DNA from: Ilumatobacteraceae bacterium
GTDB lineage: Bacteria > Actinomycetota > Acidimicrobiia > Acidimicrobiales > Ilumatobacteraceae
Assembly: GCA_038136655.1 (NCBI GenBank)
Contig: JAYQAE010000001.1
Span: 3,477 to 58,954, forward strand
DNA length: 55,478 nt
Direction of reading: 5' to 3'
The translations under genes and the position numbers were made by a program. Of the stretch, positions 9,470-17,172 are shown piece after piece; the stretch's first letter is position 1, and the number at the start of each line of letters is the position of its first letter. The notes below the pieces were generated by a model, which was not told the DNA's origin, searched no databases, and was given only the letters and a program-made list of their open reading frames with translations.

Positions 9470-9762
9470 GGGGCGTGTCCGGCACGTTCCCGGTCCTGGA
9501 TCTCCCGCCACTCGCCCATCGCGCGGAGAGCGAGGACCCCGACGACGGCCATTCCGAGCGCCGCCGACGTCGCCCCGACGACGAGCCCGAGGGCGGTCGG
9601 GACGTCGCAGTCGCCGGAGCACTGGATGTCGACGAGGGAGTGCCCGATGAGTCCTCCGGCCAACCCGCCGAGAATCACGCCGACGAAGGCGACAGCTCGG
9701 GCCGTCACCGAGGGGAGCGCCGACAGACGACGTTCCTCGACGGTCGGAGTCGGACCACTCAT
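9466..9762 (-). CDS. Small two-helix membrane protein (hypothetical); first gene of the minus-strand IMPase-mtrAB operon
   Basis: ATG 9762 (MSGPTPTVEERRL...). Two Gly/Ala-rich helices. The remainder of the 175-aa track ORF runs antisense into dinB. Confidence 0.5.
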   Translation of the reverse strand: MSGPTPTVEERRLSALPSVTARAVAFVGVILGGLAGGLIGHSLVDIQCSGDCDVPTALGLVVGATSAALGMAVVGVLALRAMGEWREIQDRERAGHAP

Positions 9763-9769
9763 CGACTGG

Positions 9770-9775
9770 AAACTA
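9770..9775 (-). promoter_or_regulatory. -10 hexamer TAGTTT (minus strand) placed for a leaderless transcript of the 9762 operon
   Basis: Minus-strand sequence reads TAGTTT-ccagtcg-ATG, a 7-nt gap. Confidence 0.4.
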
Positions 9776-9800
9776 TCGCCACCCCCGCGGCCGGTCGACG

Positions 9801-9809
9801 TGGGAGTAT
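9801..9809 (+). promoter_or_regulatory. Extended -10 (TGgGAGTAT) placed for a leaderless dinB transcript
   Basis: TG-n-GAGTAT ends 7 nt before ATG 9817. Confidence 0.4.
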
Positions 9810-9816
9810 CGGGTCG

Positions 9817-11031
9817 ATGACCGGTGCCGGGGAACCGCGCGTGATCCTCCATGTCGACATGGACGCCTTCTACGTGTCTGTCGAGTTGCTCAGGCGGCCC
9901 GAACTCATCGGTCTTCCGGTGGTGGTGGGCGGCGATGGCTCGCGAGGAGTGGTGGCCGCGGCGTCCTATGAGGCGCGTCGTCACGGCGTCCACTCGGCGA
10001 TGGCGTCAGTCACCGCCCGGAGGCGATGCCCGGACGCGGTGTTTTTGCCGGCCGATCATCACCGCTACGCCGAGGTGAGCGCGCAGGTTCGAGCCGTCTT
10101 CGACTCGATAACGCCGCTCGTGGAACCACTGGCCCTCGACGAGGCGTTCCTCGACGTCACTGGCGCGCGCGCCTTGCTTGGTGAGCCGCTCGCCATCGCG
10201 CGGCTCGTGCGAACCCGGGTGGCCGAGGAAGTGGGGCTCGGGTGCTCGGTCGGTGTGGCGAGCAACAAGTTCGTCGCGAAGTTGGCATCGGTAGAGGCGA
10301 AACCGGTAGCGGCGACCGACGGGGTGCGCTCGGGTCGCGGCGTGGTCATCGTCGCTCCGGGTGAGGAGGCGTCCTTCGTCGCTGGTCTGCCGGTGGAGCG
10401 TCTGTGGGGCGTCGGCCCCAAGACGCTCGCTCGACTCCACGACATAGGGATCCGTCGGGTGCCCGACATCGTCGAGGCGCCGGCCGGGCTGCTCGAGGCC
10501 CGGATCGGGGTCGCGGCCGCCGCCCACCTTCGGCGACTGTCGCTCGGAATCGACGACCGTCCGGTGGAGGTCGATCGCGCGGCGAAGTCCATCGGGCAGG
10601 AGGAGACGTTCGGGTCGGATGTCTCCGAGATCGATGCTGCCCGAGCGGAACTCGTTCGTCTGGCCGATGCGGTTGCGGCGCGACTGCGCTCATCGACCTT
10701 GGCGGCCCGCACGGTGACGTTGAAGGCCAAGTTCGCCGACTTCCAGACCGTCACCCGCTCGGTCACCGACGGGGAACCCCTCGACACCGCCGTCGAGATC
10801 GTGACCCGGCTCGAGCCCGCGCTCGCCGAGGTGATGAGTCGGGGTGCCCTGCGTCTCCTCGGGGTGTCGGCATCGAATCTCGTCGAGCCGGTTCGCCAGC
10901 TCGACCTCTGGTCGGCGGAAGCTGATCAACCCGCCCACGACAGCACCGACCGGGCTCTGGACGAGATCCGGGCGCGCTTCGGTCGGTCGTCGATCGGTCG
11001 CGCCAGCGGGCTGAAGCCCCGCTCGCGTTGA
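9817..11031 (+). CDS. dinB: DNA polymerase IV (Y-family translesion polymerase)
   Basis: Internal ATG 9817 of the 529-aa ORF. Motifs ILHVDMDAFYVSVE, SVGVASNKFVAKLAS, LWGVGPKT. Confidence 0.92.
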   Translation: MTGAGEPRVILHVDMDAFYVSVELLRRPELIGLPVVVGGDGSRGVVAAASYEARRHGVHSAMASVTARRRCPDAVFLPADHHRYAEVSAQVRAVFDSITPLVEPLALDEAFLDVTGARALLGEPLAIARLVRTRVAEEVGLGCSVGVASNKFVAKLASVEAKPVAATDGVRSGRGVVIVAPGEEASFVAGLPVERLWGVGPKTLARLHDIGIRRVPDIVEAPAGLLEARIGVAAAAHLRRLSLGIDDRPVEVDRAAKSIGQEETFGSDVSEIDAARAELVRLADAVAARLRSSTLAARTVTLKAKFADFQTVTRSVTDGEPLDTAVEIVTRLEPALAEVMSRGALRLLGVSASNLVEPVRQLDLWSAEADQPAHDSTDRALDEIRARFGRSSIGRASGLKPRSR

Positions 11032-11103
11032 GGATCCGACTTCGGGGTGCCAAGATGTGGTGCACGCGATCATCTCCGACCGCGAAACCGCGAGGTCAAG
11101 GTC

Positions 11104-11418
11104 ATGCCCCTCTCCGAAGACGAACAGCGCATCCTCCGCCAGATCGAGCAGGAACTCGAGCAGGATCCCACCTTCGCTGAGCGCGGCTATCGGGTCTCTC
11201 GTCGCCGGCTTGCGCTTGCCGCGGTCGGTGCGATCATCGCACTCTTCGTCACCGTGATCGGTCTGGCGGTCAGCTTCCTGCTGTCGTTCGTCGGCTTCGT
11301 GGTGGTGCTGGTACTCGCCTCGGTGGTCGCCTCCGAGGTGAGGCTGATCGGGCGCGAGCGCCTGGCCGAGTCCCCGGTGGCGAACTGGCTCGCCTCCGGG
11401 TGGCCGCGCCGTGGCTGA
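11104..11418 (+). CDS. DUF3040-domain membrane protein
   Basis: ATG 11104 preceded by aaggt. MPLSEDEQRILRQIEQELEQDP is the DUF3040 signature, followed by two TM helices. Confidence 0.75.
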   Translation: MPLSEDEQRILRQIEQELEQDPTFAERGYRVSRRRLALAAVGAIIALFVTVIGLAVSFLLSFVGFVVVLVLASVVASEVRLIGRERLAESPVANWLASGWPRRG

Positions 11419-12313
11419 GTCGGCGGCTGAGCCGAGCGAACAGTCGTTCAACGTCCTCGCGGTCGACCTCGGGGTCCGACATCTGGTCGCTGGCGTGGTC
11501 GGCCCCGACGGAGAGGTCGGGGTGCGGGATCGGGTGGTACCTCCGAGTCGCCAGCCATGGGTCGCCCTGACACGACTCGTCGACCGGGTGCTCGCCGCCA
11601 CCCCGCCTGAGGCGCGTCCAGCGGTGTGCGGGGTGACCGGGCCAGGTCCGGTGCTGGCCGACATCGGCGAGTTCCGCTCGGTGACCGTGCACGGTTGGGA
11701 GGGGGTGCCGTTGCGTCGCCTCATGGCGGAGGCCACCGGTCTCCCAACGGTGCTCAGTTCAACCGGGCACGCGCACGCGATAGCGAACGCGCCGGATCGA
11801 GGTTCGGTGATCGGCGTTTACCTCGGTGATCAGGTCGACGGCGGCATTGTCCGCGATGGGCGTCTCGTCGCGGGCGCGAATGGTCACCTCGGTGCATTCG
11901 GTCACCTCCTGGTGGATCCCGATGGCGCGGTGTGCCCCTGCGGATCGCCGGGTTGTCTCGACCTGTACGCCGGTGCGGTGAGCCTCGAGTCGCAGTTCGG
12001 GCGGGAGGTGTCGAGGGTGCCCGAGGCCACGATCGACCGGGCTGGGATCATGCTGGCTCGCGCCTGTGCGTCCTTGGCTGCCATGCTCGACATCCATCGC
12101 ATCGTGATCGGTGGTCCGGTCGTCACCGCCCTTGGTCGTCGCCTCACCGACGCCTTGAGCGTCGAACTCGACCAGCGGAGCCGCTTGGTGCACCTCGAGG
12201 AACTCCACATCCGAGCTGTGCGTCAACATGTTCTCGTCGGTGCCGCGTCGGTGGCGAGGCACCGGGTCGCCACCGGAGGCATAGATCCGGTTCCGGCGAT
12301 GTCGCCGTCCTGA
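11411..12313 (+). CDS. ROK-family protein (second paralog; kinase or regulator-like)
   Basis: 300-aa ORF with ROK zinc motif VCPCGSPGCLDLYAG. GTG 11411 overlaps the DUF3040 gene by 8 nt. Confidence 0.75.
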   Translation: MAESAAEPSEQSFNVLAVDLGVRHLVAGVVGPDGEVGVRDRVVPPSRQPWVALTRLVDRVLAATPPEARPAVCGVTGPGPVLADIGEFRSVTVHGWEGVPLRRLMAEATGLPTVLSSTGHAHAIANAPDRGSVIGVYLGDQVDGGIVRDGRLVAGANGHLGAFGHLLVDPDGAVCPCGSPGCLDLYAGAVSLESQFGREVSRVPEATIDRAGIMLARACASLAAMLDIHRIVIGGPVVTALGRRLTDALSVELDQRSRLVHLEELHIRAVRQHVLVGAASVARHRVATGGIDPVPAMSPS

Positions 12314-12321
12314 GCCCGAAC

Positions 12322-12327
12322 TACGCT
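12322..12327 (+). promoter_or_regulatory. -10 hexamer TACGCT placed for a leaderless acyl-CoA dehydrogenase transcript
   Basis: TACGCT-cagggc-ATG 12334, a 6-nt gap. Confidence 0.4.
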
Positions 12328-12333
12328 CAGGGC

Positions 12334-13554
12334 ATGCGCCCCACCTACGAACCCTCCGCTGAGGCCTATCGCGAGAAAGCTCAGGCCTTCCTCGCTGAGA
12401 AGCTCCCCTCCAACTGGTCCGGCATCGGCTCGTTGGAGGGGGCAGCCCTTGAGGAGTTCGTCGCCGAATGGCGTCAGACGCTCTTCGAAGCCGGTTACCT
12501 CGCCCCCGGCTGGCCAGTCGAATACGGCGGCGCCGGGCTGTCGGCGCTCGAACAGGTGATCCTCGCCGAGGAGTTCGCGCGCGCGGGAGTGCCGACCGGA
12601 GGACCGAATGACGTGTTCGGCATCCAGATGCTCGGGAACACGCTGCTGCTCATGGGAACCGACGAGCAGAAGGAGCGCTACCTGCCGAGGATCCTCTCGG
12701 GAGAGGACACCTGGTGCCAGGGCTATAGCGAGCCGAACGCTGGTTCCGATCTCGGCAATCTCGGCCTGAAGGCCGTCCGCGACGGCGACCAGTGGATTCT
12801 CAACGGTCAGAAGATCTGGACCTCGGCCGGTCACCTCGCCGACCACATCTTCACCCTCGCCCGCACCGATCCCGATGCTCCGAAGCACAAGGGGATCTCC
12901 TTCCTGCTGGTCGACATGCGTCAACCGGGCATCGACGTGCGGCCGATCAAGATGATTTCGGGGGAGAGCGAATTCAACGAGGTCTTCTACACCGATGCCG
13001 TCTGCCCGGTCGACGAGGTGGTCGGTGGACTGAACAACGGTTGGGCGGTCGCCATGACCCTCCTCGGCTTCGAGCGCGGAGAGGCGGCTGCCACGGCACC
13101 GATCCGGTTCCAGGCGGAGGTGGATCGTCTGGTGCTGCTCGCGCGGGAGCGTGGACTCGACCGTGATCCGGTCATCCGCCAGAGGATCGCTCAGGCGTAC
13201 TCGAAGGTGCAGGTCATGCGCTACAGCGGCATGCGAGTGCTCACCCAGTTCCTCGCCGGCGCGCACCCGGGTCCCGACGGCGCGATCTCGAAGCTCTTCT
13301 GGAGCGAGTACCACCTCACGGTGACCGAGTTGGCGGTCGACATCCTCGGCGCTGAGGCGATGGTCCCGTCGGGCCGGCAGCCCTCCTCGGCCTTCCAGAC
13401 CGACGACGCCGGCGCTCCGAACTCCTCGGCCTCGTGGGTCGGCACATTTCTCAACGCGCGCGCCGGAACGATCTATGCCGGGTCGTCGCAGATCCAGCGC
13501 AACATCATCGGCGAGATGGTCCTCGGTCTGCCGAAGGAGCCCCGACCGGCGTGA
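12334..13554 (+). CDS. Acyl-CoA dehydrogenase family protein
   Basis: Internal ATG 12334 (MRPTYEPSAEAYREKAQAFL...). Motifs WCQGYSEPNAGSDL and IYAGSSQIQRNIIGE. Confidence 0.9.
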   Translation: MRPTYEPSAEAYREKAQAFLAEKLPSNWSGIGSLEGAALEEFVAEWRQTLFEAGYLAPGWPVEYGGAGLSALEQVILAEEFARAGVPTGGPNDVFGIQMLGNTLLLMGTDEQKERYLPRILSGEDTWCQGYSEPNAGSDLGNLGLKAVRDGDQWILNGQKIWTSAGHLADHIFTLARTDPDAPKHKGISFLLVDMRQPGIDVRPIKMISGESEFNEVFYTDAVCPVDEVVGGLNNGWAVAMTLLGFERGEAAATAPIRFQAEVDRLVLLARERGLDRDPVIRQRIAQAYSKVQVMRYSGMRVLTQFLAGAHPGPDGAISKLFWSEYHLTVTELAVDILGAEAMVPSGRQPSSAFQTDDAGAPNSSASWVGTFLNARAGTIYAGSSQIQRNIIGEMVLGLPKEPRPA

Positions 13555-13835
13555 GCCTTCGAGTCGCAGTGCGCGCGCTCGCGGCGATTCTTCTGCGCCC
13601 CGGGCTGTGGCCGAGCGCGATCCGTCAACTCGCGGTGCTTTCTCCCCCGGGGTGGTGGCGCTCTGGGGCGCGTCGGCCCGGACCCCCGATGGATTACTTG
13701 CGGTTCCGACTCGTCACCCAGTACGGAGGTGACGGATCGGGTCGGGGAGGTCGCTCAGCGGAGCCGCGGGATGTGGTGAACTATCTCGCGTGGTGTCGCG
13801 ACTGGCGGAGGATGATCCGCTCACGCGAGGGCTGA
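13551..13835 (+). CDS. Hypothetical Trp/Arg-rich small protein
   Basis: GTG 13551 overlaps the dehydrogenase TGA (GTGA). 94 aa, no recognisable family. Confidence 0.4.
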   Translation: MSLRVAVRALAAILLRPGLWPSAIRQLAVLSPPGWWRSGARRPGPPMDYLRFRLVTQYGGDGSGRGGRSAEPRDVVNYLAWCRDWRRMIRSREG

Positions 13836-13852
13836 GAGGCTCCGTCTGACCG

Positions 13853-14350
13853 ATGCGGAACGTGCTCGTGCTCAATGCCTCGTACGAGCCGCTGAGCATT
13901 GTCTCGTTCCGCCGCGCCACCTGCCTCGTCCTCGACGACAAGGCGGAGATCATTGAGCACGACGGTGGAGTGCTTCGCTCGCCCTCGCTGACCGTTCCGG
14001 TGCCCTCAGTGGTTCGTCTGCGGTACATGGTGCGAGTCGCCCGCCGTCGCCAGGCGGTGCTGTCGCGGCGAGCCGTGTTCGCCCGAGATGACCACGTCTG
14101 CCAGTACTGCGGTGGACCCGCCGACTCGATCGACCATGTGCTTCCCCGATCGCGTGGTGGCGGCCATGACTGGGAGAACCTGGTGGCGGCTTGTCGTCGG
14201 TGCAATCTGGCGAAGCGCGACCGCACTCCCGAGGAGGCCGGCATGAGGCTCCGTCGACCGGGGTGCCCTCCTCGGCCGGGAAGTTGGGTCGTCGTCGGCG
14301 CATCTCGGATGCCCGATGCCTGGAAGCCGTACCTCGCTCGCGCGAGCTGA
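13853..14350 (+). CDS. HNH endonuclease family protein (conserved chromosomal type)
   Basis: 165-aa ORF. HNH core CQYCGGPADSIDHVLPRSRGGGHDWENLVAACRRCNLAK. Confidence 0.85.
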   Translation: MRNVLVLNASYEPLSIVSFRRATCLVLDDKAEIIEHDGGVLRSPSLTVPVPSVVRLRYMVRVARRRQAVLSRRAVFARDDHVCQYCGGPADSIDHVLPRSRGGGHDWENLVAACRRCNLAKRDRTPEEAGMRLRRPGCPPRPGSWVVVGASRMPDAWKPYLARAS

Positions 14351-14374
14351 GGTTCGACCCGTCGCGCCCGGGCG

Positions 14375-14380
14375 TAGCGT
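14375..14380 (+). promoter_or_regulatory. -10 hexamer TAGCGT placed for a leaderless transcript of the lipoate/biotin-ligase-like gene
   Basis: TAGCGT-catcggg-GTG 14388, a 7-nt gap. Confidence 0.4.
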
Positions 14381-14387
14381 CATCGGG

Positions 14388-15059
14388 GTGTCGGAGCACA
14401 CCGTCGCCGAGGTCTGGAGCCCCGCGGAGTCCCTGCACGCCTGGGACCCTCCAACGAAGTCCATCCTCACCGTGCGTCGCTGCCGGCCCACCGCGCCTGC
14501 GGTGGTGCTCGGATCCCGCCAGGACGAGTCGCTGATCGATCCATGGGCGCTTGGGCAAACGGGGATGGGCCTGGTCAGTCGGAAGTCGGGTGGGGGGCTG
14601 GTCCTCGTGGACGACGCGCTCGCGATCTGGGTGGATGTGTGGATTCCCCACCGTCCCGGCACGGTGACCGCTGATGTTCGGGCCTCGATGGAGTTGGTCG
14701 GCCGGGCGTGGGCGACGGTTCTCGGAGCGGCGGATGACAACCTCGCCGGACGTCTTGAGGTGCACACCGGGGGAGTGACCCATGGCGCTTGGGCCGAACT
14801 CGTCTGCTTCGCCGGACTCGGTCCGGGGGAGGTGCTTCTCGATGGCCGGAAGCTGGTCGGCTTGAGCCAGCGGAGGTCGCGCGACTGGTCGCGTGTTCAG
14901 TGCCAGGTGCACACGGTCGACTGCGTCGCCTTCCCGATCGATCTCCTGGCTGCGGCGGTCCGGCCCGACGCCGTGGGCCCGGCAGGTATTGCCTGGCTTC
15001 CCCGGGTGACGGTGGAGTCAGCCGTGGGGGCGCTCCCCGCGGCGTTACTCGCCGGCTGA
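14388..15059 (+). CDS. Lipoate/biotin protein ligase (BPL/LplA/LipB) catalytic-domain family protein
   Basis: Start chosen at GTG 14388, after the HNH stop. Pattern PAVVLGSRQ...VSRKSGGGLVLV...VCFAGLGPGEVLLDGRKLVGLSQRR matches the LplA-like core with the conserved Lys. Confidence 0.55.
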   Translation: MSEHTVAEVWSPAESLHAWDPPTKSILTVRRCRPTAPAVVLGSRQDESLIDPWALGQTGMGLVSRKSGGGLVLVDDALAIWVDVWIPHRPGTVTADVRASMELVGRAWATVLGAADDNLAGRLEVHTGGVTHGAWAELVCFAGLGPGEVLLDGRKLVGLSQRRSRDWSRVQCQVHTVDCVAFPIDLLAAAVRPDAVGPAGIAWLPRVTVESAVGALPAALLAG

Positions 15060-15210
15060 GGCGTCGATCGCCGGCCCGGCGGACGCGTGCGCCGCTCGAG
15101 CATCCCCTTGCCTGTGCGATTGCCGCGTCAGTTCGTGCCGTTGCGGAACGTGGCTTTCGATCTTGCCTCGGTGCGCCACTGGACGCCAGAGGGAACGCTT
15201 CGGGGATGTT

Positions 15211-15243
15211 TGGTGAAGAATGGTTGACATTGGTGAAGATTGG
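15211..15243 (+). promoter_or_regulatory. Candidate MraZ operator: four TGG(T/A)(G/T) boxes in 10-bp phase, including a 13-mer direct repeat
   Basis: TGG occurs at 15211, 15221, 15231 and 15241. TGGTGAAGAATGG (15211-15223) and TGGTGAAGATTGG (15231-15243) match at 12/13 positions. The segment is AT-rich. Confidence 0.55.
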
Positions 15244-15253
15244 AGGCCATACT
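15224..15253 (+). promoter_or_regulatory. Putative dcw (Pmra) promoter: -35 TTGACA, 18-nt spacer, -10 CATACT
   Basis: Perfect TTGACA at 15224-15229 and CATACT at 15248-15253, about 80 nt upstream of the mraZ start. Confidence 0.5.
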
Positions 15254-15335
15254 TCTGGAGCCGTCGGGTCCGCCTCCCGGCGTGCGGCAGAGGCAGCCAC
15301 CGAAAGCGGATGACAGGAAGGCGAGGACACGGAAG

Positions 15336-15761
15336 GTGTTCGTCGGGGTCTACGACCGCAGCATCGACGACAACGGTCGTCTGTCGCTTCCGTCGTCGTT
15401 CCGGGGCGATCTCGGCGACCGGTGCTACGCCACCCTCGACCCGCAGGGTTGCGTGACCCTGCGGACCGCCGCCGTGTTCGAGGCCGAGGCGGCCGAGGTG
15501 ATCGAGGCCGTGAAGCGCGATGAGGCCGCGCCCGGCGTCAGGCGGTCACTCGCCACCAACACCACATCGGTCGCCGTCGACAAGCAGGGTCGGCTGACCC
15601 TCGATGACAAAGCCCGCGAGTTCGCCGGGCTCACCGAGGCCGGCACGGCGATGATCGTCGGCAACCTCAACACGATCGAGCTCTGGCGCCCCTCCCGCTA
15701 CGAGACCATCTCGGCCGAGGACGACTACGAGGTCGCCCCGCGGGTGTGGAGGGACGAGTGA
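15336..15761 (+). CDS. mraZ: Transcriptional regulator MraZ
   Basis: GTG 15336 (MFVGVYDRSIDDNGRLSLP) with GAGGA 8 nt upstream. Second half-domain DKQGRLTL. The track's TTG 15240 extension is non-homologous. Confidence 0.9.
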   Translation: MFVGVYDRSIDDNGRLSLPSSFRGDLGDRCYATLDPQGCVTLRTAAVFEAEAAEVIEAVKRDEAAPGVRRSLATNTTSVAVDKQGRLTLDDKAREFAGLTEAGTAMIVGNLNTIELWRPSRYETISAEDDYEVAPRVWRDE

Positions 15762-16711
15762 GCAGCGCCGAGCGTTTCGAGCACGAGCCGGTCATGCGCG
15801 AGGAGATCGTGGAGGTCTTCGCCGATGTGCCGCCGGGCGTCGTCCTCGATGCCACGCTCGGCGGGGGAGGGCATGCCGAGGCGATCCTCGAATCTCGCGC
15901 CGATCTTCAAGTCCTCGGCCTTGACCGCGATCGAGCCGCCCTCGAGGCGGCCGGAGCCCGTTTGGAGCGTTTCGGAAGCAGGTTCAGCTCCGCGCACGCC
16001 CGGTTCGACGCGCTGCGAGAGGTGATGGACGAGCGAGAGGTGCGGGAGTTGAGCGGAGCGCTTTTCGACCTCGGTGTCTCGAGTCACCAGCTCGACAGCG
16101 CCGATCGCGGCTTCTCCTATCGGCACGACGGTCCGGTCGATATGCGCATGGACGCCTCGGCGGAATGGTCGGCCGACGACGTCGTGAACGGATACGACGA
16201 GGCCCGGTTGGCCGATGTGATCGAGCGCCACGGCGATGAGCGTTTCGCTCGGCGTATCGCGCGGGCGATCGTCGCCGCCCGCCCGATCGAACGCACCACT
16301 GACCTCGCGGCGGTGGTGACCGCGGCCATTCCCGCCCCAGCCCGACGCACCGGGGGGCATCCCGCCAAGCGGACCTTCCAGGCCATCCGCATCGAGGTGA
16401 ACGGGGAACTCGACATCCTCCCCGAGGCGATCGATCAGGCCGTCGACGCCGTGGCCCCCGGAGGCCGCGTGGCAGTGCTGACTTACCACTCCGGCGAGGA
16501 CCGCGTCGTCAAGGACCGGTTCCGAGCCGCGGTCGACCGCTGCCTGTGCCCACCTGAGTTGCCCTGCGTCTGCGGAGCCGTCCAGACGGTCCGTCTGGTG
16601 CGAGGGCACCGCAAGCGGCCCTCGGACACTGAGGTATCGCGGAACCGCCGCGCCTCCTCGGCCCGGCTCCGAGTGGTCGAGCGGGTCGCCGCTGAGAGCG
16701 GGGAGCGCTGA
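15746..16711 (+). CDS. rsmH: 16S rRNA (cytosine1402-N4)-methyltransferase RsmH
   Basis: Motifs HEPVMREE, DATLGGGGH, DLGVSSHQLD. The alternative start GTG 15758 would form a GTGA overlap with the mraZ stop. Confidence 0.92.
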   Translation: MEGRVSSAERFEHEPVMREEIVEVFADVPPGVVLDATLGGGGHAEAILESRADLQVLGLDRDRAALEAAGARLERFGSRFSSAHARFDALREVMDEREVRELSGALFDLGVSSHQLDSADRGFSYRHDGPVDMRMDASAEWSADDVVNGYDEARLADVIERHGDERFARRIARAIVAARPIERTTDLAAVVTAAIPAPARRTGGHPAKRTFQAIRIEVNGELDILPEAIDQAVDAVAPGGRVAVLTYHSGEDRVVKDRFRAAVDRCLCPPELPCVCGAVQTVRLVRGHRKRPSDTEVSRNRRASSARLRVVERVAAESGER

Positions 16712-17172
16712 TGGCGCTTCCGCTCATCGATCTGGCTCGGGCCAAGCGGCCCCAGGGCCGACCGAAGCTGAGCCTCGTCCAAACCAGAGGGCGGGCCGCG
16801 CGGGTGATCATCGTCGCCTTCGCCGCCGCGGCACTCGGCATGGCACTCATCGCCGTCCTCCACACGCAGATTGCCGCTCGCCAGTTCCAGATCGACCAAC
16901 TCGACCGTCGCATCGCGGCAGCGAATGAGGACTTCGACGCCCTTCGCAGTATCCGCGCTGAGCTCCGGTCGCCGACCCGCCTCGACACCGAAGGGCGCCT
17001 CCTCGGCATGGAGCCCGCGTCCTCGAGTCGATTCCTGCCGATCGACCCGCAGGTCCTCGCCATCACGATCGCCCGCACCGGCATGTCCCCCGAGATCTCT
17101 CAGGCGCCCGACAACCTCGGGCCGCTCGACCAGTTCCGACTGGTGAAGCGCGTGGGAGGGATGCAGCGATGA
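16711..17172 (+). CDS. ftsL: FtsL-like cell-division membrane protein (septum formation initiator type)
   Basis: Position between rsmH and ftsI. Single TM helix (VIIVAFAAAALGMALIAVL) followed by a coiled-coil-like segment. TGATG junction with rsmH. Confidence 0.6.
   Translation: MALPLIDLARAKRPQGRPKLSLVQTRGRAARVIIVAFAAAALGMALIAVLHTQIAARQFQIDQLDRRIAAANEDFDALRSIRAELRSPTRLDTEGRLLGMEPASSSRFLPIDPQVLAITIARTGMSPEISQAPDNLGPLDQFRLVKRVGGMQR

Noticed and set aside
13853-14350. HNH endonuclease as a marker of a mobile element, homing endonuclease or defence island
   Set aside because: There is no integrase, transposase, flanking repeat, intein or intron context, or compositional shift. The N-terminal domain plus HNH architecture looks like the widely conserved chromosomal family. 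It appears co-transcribed with housekeeping neighbours.
15060-15210. Terminator or small RNA in the 150 nt after the BPL-like gene
   Set aside because: Only short stems of 4-6 bp with unfavourable loops could be drawn. No convincing hairpin or conserved RNA motif is visible by eye.
15240-15335. TTG-initiated 32-codon N-terminal extension of MraZ given in the ORF track
   Set aside because: It would place the coding start inside the putative promoter/operator. MraZ homologs begin at the MF.G motif, and GAGGA precedes GTG 15336.
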